Below are positions 38,891 through 48,317 of a stretch of DNA of 57,676 bases, piece after piece. Within the stretch, counting starts at the first letter, position 1. Each line of letters begins with the position of its first letter. The position numbers were made by a program, and so were the translations under genes. The notes under the pieces are model-generated. The model ran no database searches. It was given only the letters and a program-made list of their open reading frames with translations, and had not been told where the DNA came from. The stretch comes from an uncultured virus (IMG/VR IMGVR_UViG_3300035210_000191) (taxonomy: Duplodnaviria > Heunggongvirae > Uroviricota > Caudoviricetes). Location: IMG/VR virus record IMGVR_UViG_3300035210_000191; one strand, given 5' to 3'.

Positions 38891-38941
38891 GGGGAGAAGG
38901 GTTGTCTTTTATTTATAGAAGGCGATATCCGCTACCCACCA
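38891..38941 (+). ncRNA. CCA-ended mini-hairpin tRNA-like RNA 2
   Basis: GGGGAG/CTACCC stem, internal 11-bp hairpin, ACCA end. Confidence 0.6.
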
Positions 38942-38961
38942 TTTCATCGTCAAAAAACTTC

Positions 38962-38989
38962 AAGAACAACGCAATGTTGTTCTTTTTTT
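38962..38989 (+). terminator. terminator of the tRNA array
   Basis: AAGAACAAC-GCAAT-GTTGTTCTT plus T-tract. Confidence 0.85.
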
Positions 38990-39066
38990 ATTTATAAAAT
39001 TTTAATTGATTTTTTATGTAATTAAGAGTATCATTCTTTTTCAATTTATGATAAGGGATTTAATTA

Positions 39067-40139
39067 ATGAAAATGAAGTTAAGATATTTTTTAGTGTTAT
39101 TGTTATCACTTGTCATATCAACAAGTCAAGCAAACTCTTTAACAAGTCACATACCTTTTTTTCCGTCTAAAAAAACTATTATTAAAGGTGTTCTGGTAAC
39201 TGGAACTATTGGAGTGCTTGGCTACTATGTTTATTCACAATTATCTAAATTTATTGAAAATACAATAAAAAAAATGATGAGGGAAAAATATCTGACTGGG
39301 AAACAGCTAATCTTATAGCTAAAGAAATTGATAAAATACTCAATAATCCTAAAAAAACAGATCAACAAAAAAGTCAAAGTGTTGTTGAAGCTCAACAATT
39401 GTTGCTTTATTATGCCATTGCGTACTATGAACCTAATGGAAACGATATTTATGATATTGCAATTAGGACCGCAAAAAAAGCAAATATTTATACTGGTGAT
39501 TTCGATTATGAGTTACAACAAGGCATTAAAATGACGACTGAAATTATGCGTAATATGATTTCATTAGCTAATGAAAAAGATATGGAAGATACTAAGTCAA
39601 AAAGAAATAAGTGTGATATTAATGATATAGCTGCTAGAACATATATTTACAATTCATTAAATCCAATTGATCCATTGTACACGGATGTTAATCGACCTAT
39701 ACGTGAATTTGACACTGGAGCTTATAAAAACTTAAACTTTGTAACCAAAAAATATGCAAAATTGTATAAAATAAAAGATAATTTTGATCATGATCATATT
39801 CCGTCTTTTGCTTCATTAAAAACTTATTTAGAAAATAGAGATCAATATGTAATAAATTTTGATAATAAATTAAGGAACGTTATTCAACAAAATGGCACTG
39901 TAGTTGCAATTAATCAAGCAATGTACGCTGCTGGGCGAACGTATAAGGGGCGAGCTACATCTACTATGATAAGAGATTCAAAAGATCTTAGAAAAGCAAC
40001 TATAAAAGATTTTAAGATGCATTATTATTATTACAAAAAAAATGGATCAAGTAACCCTAGTTTTGAAACTTTATTTAATAAAGCTTTTATACAAACGTAT
40101 CAAAGAAATAAAATGATGTGTTTATATGTTAACCGATAG
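39067..40139 (+). pseudogene. frameshifted secreted polymorphic-toxin-like gene (ORFs 39067..39318 and 39399..40139)
   Basis: signal peptide plus TM in frame 1; -1 frame open from 39258 across an A8 run at 39267-39274; C-terminal DHDHIPS...GRTYKG motif. Confidence 0.55.
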
Positions 40140-40147
40140 GAGATGTT

Positions 40148-40591
40148 ATGAATATTAAGATATTAGAAAATAATGAATATAGAGAAAAATTAGAAGAGTT
40201 CTTTTATGATGTTGAATTTACAAACATATATCCATTTGAAGAGTATTTACTTATTAGTGAATCTTTAAAGCATAAAAAAGTGAAAAATTCGTGTGACATT
40301 ATAAAAAAAAGCAATGTGTTTTGCAAAATTGCTAGTGAACATTATGCTATTTTAAAATTAAATGCAGTAGATTATATTGTTCAAATTAGTGATTATGGTG
40401 AAGTTGGCATTTGTGGTACAACTTTGTCTAATTGGATTGATTGTATTTTAAATATACATGGCGATGAAAACAACATTGAAGACTTCATGTCATTCTGTTT
40501 TGAAAAATTTAACATTCCTATTGAATATCCTGATTATGAGGCTATGATGGAGATAGAAAGGCAATACTTGAAACCATTGATTGATTGTTAA
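40148..40591 (+). CDS. acidic putative immunity protein (SUKH/SMI1-like)
   Basis: directly follows toxin-like gene, AGGAG RBS; IVQISDYGEVGICGTTLSNWI resembles SUKH-type C-termini. Confidence 0.5.
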   Translation: MNIKILENNEYREKLEEFFYDVEFTNIYPFEEYLLISESLKHKKVKNSCDIIKKSNVFCKIASEHYAILKLNAVDYIVQISDYGEVGICGTTLSNWIDCILNIHGDENNIEDFMSFCFEKFNIPIEYPDYEAMMEIERQYLKPLIDC

Positions 40592-40611
40592 TCACTTATT
40601 CATAACCATTA

Positions 40612-40639
40612 AAGAACAACACTATGTTGTTCTTTTTTT
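40612..40639 (+). terminator. terminator, near-duplicate of 38962-38989
   Basis: AAGAACAAC-ACTAT-GTTGTTCTT plus T-tract. Confidence 0.8.
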
Positions 40640-40749
40640 CTTCAGTTATTGTTAAAACCCATAAGATCTTATTAATTTCAAAACATTCTTGTAGACCAAT
40701 CCTTAAAAATATCATAAGATATTAAAATAAACTAAAAAAGGTCTGTTTA

Positions 40750-41652
40750 ATGTACCAATTACAATCATTTGCAAAAAATGAAAAAGGCAGAGACTTCATT
40801 GTGGGTGATATACATGGTATGTATGACTCATTAATGAAACTTCTCGAATCCGTCAACTTCGATAAAAACATTGATAGATTATTTTCTGTGGGTGATTTAA
40901 TAGATCGTGGACCAAAATCAATGGAGGTTCTTTATCTTAATAACCAGAGTTGGTTTTTCGCTGTATTGGGTAATCATGAAACCATGTTGCTCACTGGTCA
41001 TTTATCGTATTCCAAAGATTGGGTTACGCATTTAAGCAAGAAAGAAAAAGAAACATGTCTGGATATTATCAAGACCTTACCGATTGCTATTGAAATAGAA
41101 ACCAGTCTTGGCCCTATTGGATTGGTTCATGCCCAAGTCCCTACCCAGTTCAATGATTGGAATGAGTTCAAACACTATCTCACTGCAGCTAACCTATCCT
41201 ATGAAATGAGTTCTATTAATGATTCTGGTAGTGTGATTAGAGATGCGTTGTGGGGTAGGAAGCGTATTTACAGAGAGTTGAAAAAGAATGGTACCGCATT
41301 TGCCAGAAAAGCTTACATCAAATTTATTAAAGATGGCTTATGGAATAGAACGACCTTATACAGAATCATTACGACCAGAAAAACATTGCCTTACATTAAA
41401 CATGGGCTATCATTCTCATTCCGATACATCATCGAAAAATTTAAACGTAAATTACACCCACAAAGTTATATCGACAATATTGCCTATACCTTTCATGGAC
41501 ACACCCCCGTTAAGAAACCATTACTATTAGGTAATCAGTTCTTTATAGATACGGGAGCTGTGTATGGGATGAAGAAAAACAAACAAGGGTCTTTAACCAT
41601 GATTGAAATTTGTGATGATTTAAAAGTTCACACCTTACTCATTGACCAATAA
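40750..41652 (+). CDS. metallophosphoesterase, PphA/lambda NinI-like Ser/Thr phosphatase
   Basis: GDIHG, GDLIDRG, GNHE, HA, GHTP, IDTG motifs. Confidence 0.9.
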   Translation: MYQLQSFAKNEKGRDFIVGDIHGMYDSLMKLLESVNFDKNIDRLFSVGDLIDRGPKSMEVLYLNNQSWFFAVLGNHETMLLTGHLSYSKDWVTHLSKKEKETCLDIIKTLPIAIEIETSLGPIGLVHAQVPTQFNDWNEFKHYLTAANLSYEMSSINDSGSVIRDALWGRKRIYRELKKNGTAFARKAYIKFIKDGLWNRTTLYRIITTRKTLPYIKHGLSFSFRYIIEKFKRKLHPQSYIDNIAYTFHGHTPVKKPLLLGNQFFIDTGAVYGMKKNKQGSLTMIEICDDLKVHTLLIDQ

Positions 41653-41656
41653 TTAA

Positions 41657-42031
41657 TTATTGTGGTGGATATATATCTTTTAATCGTTTAAATAACACAT
41701 CAAGGTTTAACGTCTTTTCTATGTAGTCTGTATAATCACCATATTTACCAACATCCGTTCCTTTTCTTTCATCCCACAAACCGGGTTTAATTAAATTTTG
41801 ATATTGGTTATTATTAATAGTGGGAGCTACGAGTTCAAGGATTTCTCCAAAGATCTCACTTTCTGGATCGCCTTCATCTTCTATTTCAAATTGATCATCT
41901 GAATAATCTGCATGGCTTCCACCTACTCCACCGATAACCCATTTATACTGGATAGGTGATTTATCAATATCGTGGATAGGCTTAATTGCAGTAATAAGAG
42001 AATTCACATCTTTAATTTTTTGAATATTCAT
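41657..42031 (-). CDS. acidic hypothetical protein
   Basis: 124-aa ORF. Confidence 0.7.
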   Translation of the reverse strand: MNIQKIKDVNSLITAIKPIHDIDKSPIQYKWVIGGVGGSHADYSDDQFEIEDEGDPESEIFGEILELVAPTINNNQYQNLIKPGLWDERKGTDVGKYGDYTDYIEKTLNLDVLFKRLKDIYPPQ

Positions 42032-42174
42032 TTAACATACCTTTTTGAATGACAATTATACCTTATTGATGACTTGAAATCAATATTATTATAATAATTT
42101 GTCTTTTAATCACTCGCTTGAACATTTGAAAATATCTACTACTATTAGATAATAAACAATAATAATTTACTATT

Positions 42175-42531
42175 ATGATTAAAAATATTAAGCCAATGTT
42201 AAAGACTACCTGTAAAATAATGATGATTATTTATTCTATTCTCTTATTGTTGTCGTTATCGCTTACGGGTTTAGTCTTCTTTGATATTTTAACACCTGAC
42301 AGTGTTAGTATGGGGGAACCGCTCTTTTCATTATTGTATTTAAAACTTAAGTGTACTGTTTTCTTGTTATTTTTTATTGGCGTTTTGTTTTCAATGGTAA
42401 CTTCGAAAGAACGATATGTGCATACTGGATCATTTGATTCTGGTGAGTCTCTTTTGTTATTTGTGATGATTTGCTTATGTATGTTAAGTGTCGTTATTTT
42501 TCAACCGATCCCTTATCCACTATTTCCTTAA
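42175..42531 (+). CDS. 3-TM membrane protein
   Basis: three hydrophobic segments. Confidence 0.6.
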   Translation: MIKNIKPMLKTTCKIMMIIYSILLLLSLSLTGLVFFDILTPDSVSMGEPLFSLLYLKLKCTVFLLFFIGVLFSMVTSKERYVHTGSFDSGESLLLFVMICLCMLSVVIFQPIPYPLFP

Positions 42532-42589
42532 ATTGCATTTAATCACTTTTTATGGTATAATATCTACCTTATCTCAGGAGAACAACCCC

Positions 42590-42991
42590 ATGTCTACAGA
42601 ACGCAGTGCAGTATTGGTTATTGGTTGGCAGAAAAATGATTCCGAAAGCTTGACGGAAAAACTCTACCCAATTGCTCGTAAATTTGAGATTGAACACGAC
42701 ACTGATGACTTGCCTAACATTTTGAGTGAAGACTACTCACATCTTTTTACTAAGTCGATGAGTAAAGAACTGAAAGCCCTTTGCGAAGAACAGGAAATTG
42801 AAATCGTGGCGGGTGCTGATGGTGACGAAGGTGGTTCTTGGTACTTTGGTTTTGGTATCCCTTATGTTCAAGGTAAGCCTGTTACTGACTTCTTGACGCT
42901 TGTTCATGACCTCAGCACTGTTCTGAAAAACTCAGTGGAAGGGATTGAAATCAGTGAACCAAAAGTTTACAACGTGATTAGTTGGTTCTAA
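42590..42991 (+). CDS. hypothetical protein
   Basis: AGGAG RBS before MSTERS. Confidence 0.75.
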   Translation: MSTERSAVLVIGWQKNDSESLTEKLYPIARKFEIEHDTDDLPNILSEDYSHLFTKSMSKELKALCEEQEIEIVAGADGDEGGSWYFGFGIPYVQGKPVTDFLTLVHDLSTVLKNSVEGIEISEPKVYNVISWF

Positions 42992-43005
42992 TCAAATTTA
43001 AGTAT

Positions 43006-43034
43006 AAAAAAAGCTCCTTTCTAGGAGCTTTTTC
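43006..43034. terminator. bidirectional terminator
   Basis: AAAAAAAGCTCCT-TTCT-AGGAGCTTTTT. Confidence 0.8.
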
Positions 43035-43045
43035 TTTGTCACCGA

Positions 43046-44203
43046 TTAATCATCGACTTCTTCTTCATCTTCTTCGTTCTCTTTATCGAGATAAGCGACC
43101 ACACTAAGCAGTAACGGAACATCAGTTGCCATACAGTCAGAGAAATAAGTGTTCACTCTAAATCCTTTGAAAGAGTCAAAGACGAGAAATTCACTTTCAT
43201 CCTCAAAATTATCCATATAGTAATTAGCTGATTTAGGGTAACTAACCCCTTTCATTTCAATAGGAAAGTTATAATAACTGTATGGATTACCCATTTCTTT
43301 CATCAGTTCGAGATACGTCTCATAATGGTTCATTTCATAATCCAGATTACCTGAAAAAATCTGAGCACAATTCCACACTTTAATTTGAGAGTTCTCTTTA
43401 TTGAACACATAAGCAAAGATAGTGTTTTGTGATTCTTGAACAATCATTAAGCGTTTTTCATTGTTCACACAATATGCATGGTTATCCAAGTCATTAAATT
43501 CTAATTGCTTAGCTTCTGTATAGCTTCCGTCTCTCAGTTTTGGAATCCACTTAACAAAGAATTTAATAAGTTCATCGTCAAAACGTTGTGTATGAATAGC
43601 AAATTTAGTAGTGACCAACAATTCAATCGTTGCTTGTTCTTCTGGTGTGAACAACGATTTGAGTTTTACCATTACCTTTAATGTTTCATCACTCAAATAG
43701 ATACTGACTGATTGGAATGTGCGGCTTGCAATAATGTTGTTATAAAATGGATCAAGACGATCAACTCGTGTAGTTACAAACTGGTTAAGGTCGCAGAGTT
43801 CACTAATCTTAGTAAGATCCTTTTTAAATATATCAATGTCTTTTGATACTTTGTTCTTCAAGATGTCTTGAATTTCAAATACAGGCTCTGTTTTGTAATG
43901 AGACAGATAGATACGGTTATCTTGAGTATTATGACGCAACTCATAACGTTCACCATCCAGAGTGAATTCAATTTTACCTTCTTTGTTTTTACCTTTTGCG
44001 TCTTGTTCAATTTTAGCAAAGATAGCAGTTTGTTCTGCGTCTGTCATTTTGCGGTATTCTTCCATTGTGCAGCCAAGGTTGAAATTAGCATTCGCTTCGA
44101 ATTTATTGATAACTTGAATGAACTGTTCGGATTCTGTTGAGAAAAGCACTTCTGATAGTTTAAAGATTAAATCTTCGGTTGTTACTCGTTTTTGGGTAGA
44201 CAT
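43046..44203 (-). CDS. hypothetical protein with acidic tail
   Basis: 385-aa ORF. Confidence 0.8.
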   Translation of the reverse strand: MSTQKRVTTEDLIFKLSEVLFSTESEQFIQVINKFEANANFNLGCTMEEYRKMTDAEQTAIFAKIEQDAKGKNKEGKIEFTLDGERYELRHNTQDNRIYLSHYKTEPVFEIQDILKNKVSKDIDIFKKDLTKISELCDLNQFVTTRVDRLDPFYNNIIASRTFQSVSIYLSDETLKVMVKLKSLFTPEEQATIELLVTTKFAIHTQRFDDELIKFFVKWIPKLRDGSYTEAKQLEFNDLDNHAYCVNNEKRLMIVQESQNTIFAYVFNKENSQIKVWNCAQIFSGNLDYEMNHYETYLELMKEMGNPYSYYNFPIEMKGVSYPKSANYYMDNFEDESEFLVFDSFKGFRVNTYFSDCMATDVPLLLSVVAYLDKENEEDEEEVDD

Positions 44204-44250
44204 AGAGTGTGTTCCTATATTAATTTAGTGTTAAAAGTAGCTGCATTTTA

Positions 44251-45141
44251 TCATATTTTTACCATTTCAACAAGCAAAAAATATTCTTTCAATTCATTAA
44301 CCGACAATGACTCTAATTCTTTTTTACTGATCTTTAAACGATTTGATAATACATTTATAATTTGATTTGAAAATAATTTATTGAAGTATTGTCGTATATC
44401 AGTTTCATTTAACTCATAGTATTTTTCTTGATTAATATGTTGTGTGGTTAACGTTTTATCATCTGTATAGATATACATTTTATTGCTTCTTCCAACAGGC
44501 GTGACACAACTAATTTTTTTGTTGTCAAAGTAAGGTAACCTAATTTTGAAGTAAGGATGCATTGTATTGTCTGAATGCACTAAATAAATGAGATCAATAT
44601 TAATGTAAGATTTCTTAAAGTGTTTATCTTTGAAACCTTCACCTTTTTGCAGGATATTATTAAAATGAATCATAGCAACATTTTTGCTTGTAGTGCTAAT
44701 ATTCAATGTATGAAAATTAGCATTCAGGTGATTTTCTATATTTTCAGAATACTCTTTTTTATCAGTTATTTTTATAATTTCAGTTTTTGTGCCTTCATCA
44801 ATAAACCAATCAATCACATTGATAATTTTATTAAAATCTGGCTGATACATTGTTTCAATGATTGAACCAATATTGATGTATTCTTCTTTCATCATGTATG
44901 GAGTATTAAAAACTAACCTACCTAGATAATTTTTATCCAGATCCTTTATTTTTTCTTGTGGCTCGAATATGACTTGGGCAGTGACATAAGAATCGGGTGA
45001 TGTAGATGTATAAACATTTCTCAGAATATAGTTGAACCTGTCTTTAATTAGAGATTCTTTCACATCAGTAAAAGTAAAATGTTTACTAAATGTTTTAAAT
45101 AAGTTATTAACCGCTCTATGATTTGAAAAACTAGTAGACAT
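44251..45141 (-). CDS. tandem-array paralog (FNNILQKG/PYFK family) 1 of 9
   Basis: family motifs; ends LVEMVKI. Confidence 0.8.
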   Translation of the reverse strand: MSTSFSNHRAVNNLFKTFSKHFTFTDVKESLIKDRFNYILRNVYTSTSPDSYVTAQVIFEPQEKIKDLDKNYLGRLVFNTPYMMKEEYINIGSIIETMYQPDFNKIINVIDWFIDEGTKTEIIKITDKKEYSENIENHLNANFHTLNISTTSKNVAMIHFNNILQKGEGFKDKHFKKSYINIDLIYLVHSDNTMHPYFKIRLPYFDNKKISCVTPVGRSNKMYIYTDDKTLTTQHINQEKYYELNETDIRQYFNKLFSNQIINVLSNRLKISKKELESLSVNELKEYFLLVEMVKI

Positions 45142-45176
45142 ATTAATATCCTTTATTGATGAGAGTGAACTGTTTA

Positions 45177-45863
45177 TTAAATTTTTTGCATTTCGTCAAC
45201 GAGTTGAAAATCTTTGATGATTTTTTGAGTGCCCTTGTAATCTTTAACAACGGTTTCAAGATCTATATTGTATTTTTTGATAGTATAATCATCTTCGAAA
45301 ATAAAATAGATAACTCGTTCTCTGACATTGGTGCAGTAGTCTGGGGAATTCCACAGTCTGCTGTTTAATTTTTCAATAACCGTTATATCAGCTACATTAT
45401 ATTTTTTTGTGGCTGTGTTTGCAGAACTAGTAATTTCAATATAAACATCTTCACTGCTTTTTACTTGGGTTAAATTAGCGTCATTAAAGGCACATTCAAA
45501 AATAAAAGTGAGTTCTTCAATGTCTGCAATTTCTTCATATTGACGAGCATAGTCAGCGATTGCATTGTTATCAATATCAAAATTAATATCGGTGAATTTG
45601 AATGCAATTAGCATGGTAAACGCATACACATAGGTTGCTTGTTCAAAACGAGATAGACCTTGTGATTGATCATAAAAAGAGTCATTGAAATAGTGACCAA
45701 ATGCTGAATTTTTGAAGTTGCTTATAAAATTCTTACACTTGACCATCTTGGTCTTATTGTCAGCAGAGATGTCCAGTGCTTTCCAATCTAACTCAGGGGT
45801 TTCTTTTTCGACCACAAAAAATCCATTTGATGTTAACGTAGGTGATTGTGCTATGGTTGTCAT
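45177..45863 (-). CDS. hypothetical protein with C-terminal M-x-x-I motif
   Basis: not an array paralog but ends LVDEMQKI. Confidence 0.75.
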   Translation of the reverse strand: MTTIAQSPTLTSNGFFVVEKETPELDWKALDISADNKTKMVKCKNFISNFKNSAFGHYFNDSFYDQSQGLSRFEQATYVYAFTMLIAFKFTDINFDIDNNAIADYARQYEEIADIEELTFIFECAFNDANLTQVKSSEDVYIEITSSANTATKKYNVADITVIEKLNSRLWNSPDYCTNVRERVIYFIFEDDYTIKKYNIDLETVVKDYKGTQKIIKDFQLVDEMQKI

Positions 45864-45935
45864 GGGAAACCCTCTAATTGAAGGCCAATTATATCATAAT
45901 TAGCCTTTATTAACAATGGATATCATCGCTTGCTA

Positions 45936-46355
45936 TTAAATAGCCTTTCTAAGTCTATTGTTATCAATGACTTTTTCTGGAATAGCGATAATGGCTACGT
46001 TCTTGTAAAAACTTTCATCCAAAGAGAACGCTGGAAAGTCAACATCAATGTCTGGGTTCATTTTCTTAAAGCTATCTTTAAGGAAAATAGTCTCAACCAG
46101 TGTTAAAGCACTGAATACATCGCCTGTTACGAGTAGGTGATAGTTATTCTTGTCCAACTGCTCAACATAGGCTTCAATCGCCATTTTCGTTAGCAATGAT
46201 TCCGATTCTGAAAGATCTTGGCTTTTGAGTTTCTTTTTTAAGGATACCAAAACACATTCAACATCTTGAAATTCACAAAAGCTACTAAATTTAATGGTAT
46301 TTTCAATTTCTAAAATGGCTTGATTTATTTTAACAAACGAATGATGCCGACTCAT
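45936..46355 (-). CDS. hypothetical protein
   Basis: GGAGG RBS. Confidence 0.7.
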   Translation of the reverse strand: MSRHHSFVKINQAILEIENTIKFSSFCEFQDVECVLVSLKKKLKSQDLSESESLLTKMAIEAYVEQLDKNNYHLLVTGDVFSALTLVETIFLKDSFKKMNPDIDVDFPAFSLDESFYKNVAIIAIPEKVIDNNRLRKAI

Positions 46356-46390
46356 GTAACCTCCATATTATAAATAAGTCATCTATTATA

Positions 46391-47296
46391 TCAGATTTTA
46401 ATCATTTCTACCAGCACAAAATATTCTTTAAGTTCATCAATAGTGAGTTCGTTAACATCTGATTTTCTCATTTTTAATGTTTCACAAATAACATTTTTAG
46501 CTTCTGCCCTAAATTGATTTTCGAAAAAATCTGTCAATGATTGACTATCAACATCTATGCTATTCAACTTTCTCAAAAAATCATTTTTCAAGGGGACTTC
46601 ACTGGCAGCAAAATACATTTTTTTAGGATTATTTATTGGAATTATACACATTATTTTATTATGTGCTGAATAGGGGAATTTTATTTTAAAATATGGCTTA
46701 ATAGTTTCATCAGGCTCTACAAGATGAATTACTTCGATATTAATATAAGACTTCTTGAAATAATTCTTTTGAGCACCCCGGCCTCGTTGAAGAATATTAT
46801 TAAAGCTTACTGTTGCAATATTTTTGTCTTTGAATTTTAATTGATTGAAATAACCATCATTGTAGAAATGAGTGTTCATGTGTGGGATATATTTTTTCAT
46901 TTCGACACTGTTAATCAAACCAGACTCAATACCTTTGTTAATGAAAATATCGACAATATTGAGAGCTTTCTCAAAATCTGGTTTATATTTATCTTGAAGA
47001 AAATCAGCTATATTATTAGCTTTTTGACTAAGAACAGTTCGCAATGTCGGGCCATAAGACATAACACTTATTTCTGGGTAGTAGTGTAGTTTTTCTTGGC
47101 TGCTTTTAGTTTTATTTTCAAAATATATTTGCATAGTCCATTGATCATTTTCTGTTGTTGCTTTATAAATTGTAGCTGCAATATCATTATCAGAAAATCT
47201 TTGTTGTTCTACATTGTGTTGATTGAATACAAATAAAGGTGAAATGGATTTCACAAAATGATTAACAGATGACTTATTGAGTAGTGTTTTAAACAT
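46391..47296 (-). CDS. tandem-array paralog 2 of 9
   Basis: family motifs; start at MFK after GGAG. Confidence 0.8.
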   Translation of the reverse strand: MFKTLLNKSSVNHFVKSISPLFVFNQHNVEQQRFSDNDIAATIYKATTENDQWTMQIYFENKTKSSQEKLHYYPEISVMSYGPTLRTVLSQKANNIADFLQDKYKPDFEKALNIVDIFINKGIESGLINSVEMKKYIPHMNTHFYNDGYFNQLKFKDKNIATVSFNNILQRGRGAQKNYFKKSYINIEVIHLVEPDETIKPYFKIKFPYSAHNKIMCIIPINNPKKMYFAASEVPLKNDFLRKLNSIDVDSQSLTDFFENQFRAEAKNVICETLKMRKSDVNELTIDELKEYFVLVEMIKI

Positions 47297-47367
47297 GAAA
47301 GACTCCACAATTATGGCTAATTAATGTAGTATTATACCATAAAGGACTTGGCTAAGTCCATATTTTG

Positions 47368-48291
47368 TTATATTTTAATCATCTCTACCAGCATAAAATA
47401 ATCTTTTAATTCATCTGCAGATAAATTATCTAATTCAGTTTTCTTAATTTTCAATGTTTTAGAAATTGTTGTTTTTATTTCATTTTCGATTTCACCCTTA
47501 AAATATTCAGCTAACTTGTCTTTTTTTAAAGGCATTGAAATTATTTTATCAATAGGTGTTATTCTCAACGACTCAGAATCCCCCACCAAATAAAGTATAT
47601 CACCACCTGCTAGTGGAAGAACATAAGTGTTTTTATTCGTTGCTGATGTAGGTAGTTTTATTTGAAAATAGATATTTACTTCATTCATTGAGTCTACTAA
47701 ATAAACTACATTTATACATATAAACGATTTTTTAAAATGTGTTCCGTTTTTTCCTGTTCCCTTTTGAAGCACATTATTAAATTTAATACTCGCATAGTTT
47801 TTATCCCATAGCTTTATTTGTCCATGATAATGATTGATATGCATATGAGAAATCATGTGTTTTTTATATTTTTTCACATCAACACTGTTAAACATGCCAG
47901 AATGAAGACCTTGTTCAATAAAAATATCAATAATCTCAATAACTCTGTCAAAATCAGGGGTATAAGTTGTTTGTAAAAATTCAGCAATCTCTTTGCTTTT
48001 TTGGAATCTCTCAGCAACAGATTCTCCATTGTAATGGGTCATCTTAGATTTCAGATCTTTTTCGAATGAAACATAGGGATAAAACTTCTTTCTAATCATG
48101 TTGTCTTTTTTTGGACCATAAAATTGTGTTATTAATTGCCAGCCTTCGTCAGCTTGTGCTATATATTTTGTAGATTCAGAATCATTAAAACCATCGTAAT
48201 ATTCATCTGTGTATTTTGAGTATTTAAACAACGGCTCAAATATTTTGAGTATGTTATTGGCCTCTTGATAATTCTTGTATGAGTTAAACAT
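47368..48291 (-). CDS. tandem-array paralog 3 of 9
   Basis: family motifs; ends LVEMIKI. Confidence 0.8.
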   Translation of the reverse strand: MFNSYKNYQEANNILKIFEPLFKYSKYTDEYYDGFNDSESTKYIAQADEGWQLITQFYGPKKDNMIRKKFYPYVSFEKDLKSKMTHYNGESVAERFQKSKEIAEFLQTTYTPDFDRVIEIIDIFIEQGLHSGMFNSVDVKKYKKHMISHMHINHYHGQIKLWDKNYASIKFNNVLQKGTGKNGTHFKKSFICINVVYLVDSMNEVNIYFQIKLPTSATNKNTYVLPLAGGDILYLVGDSESLRITPIDKIISMPLKKDKLAEYFKGEIENEIKTTISKTLKIKKTELDNLSADELKDYFMLVEMIKI

Positions 48292-48317
48292 AATATTCTC
48301 CAAAACGTTCCATTCAA

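Noticed and set aside
37990..38997. ORF-track ORFs overlapping the tRNA array (37990, 38099, 38120, 38551, 38803)
   Set aside because: Shadow frames of tRNA genes; their mutual similarity just reflects the repeated tRNA sequences.
39328..39534. 68-aa ORF in the third frame inside the toxin-like gene
   Set aside because: No RBS and it overlaps the frame that carries the toxin-like motif.
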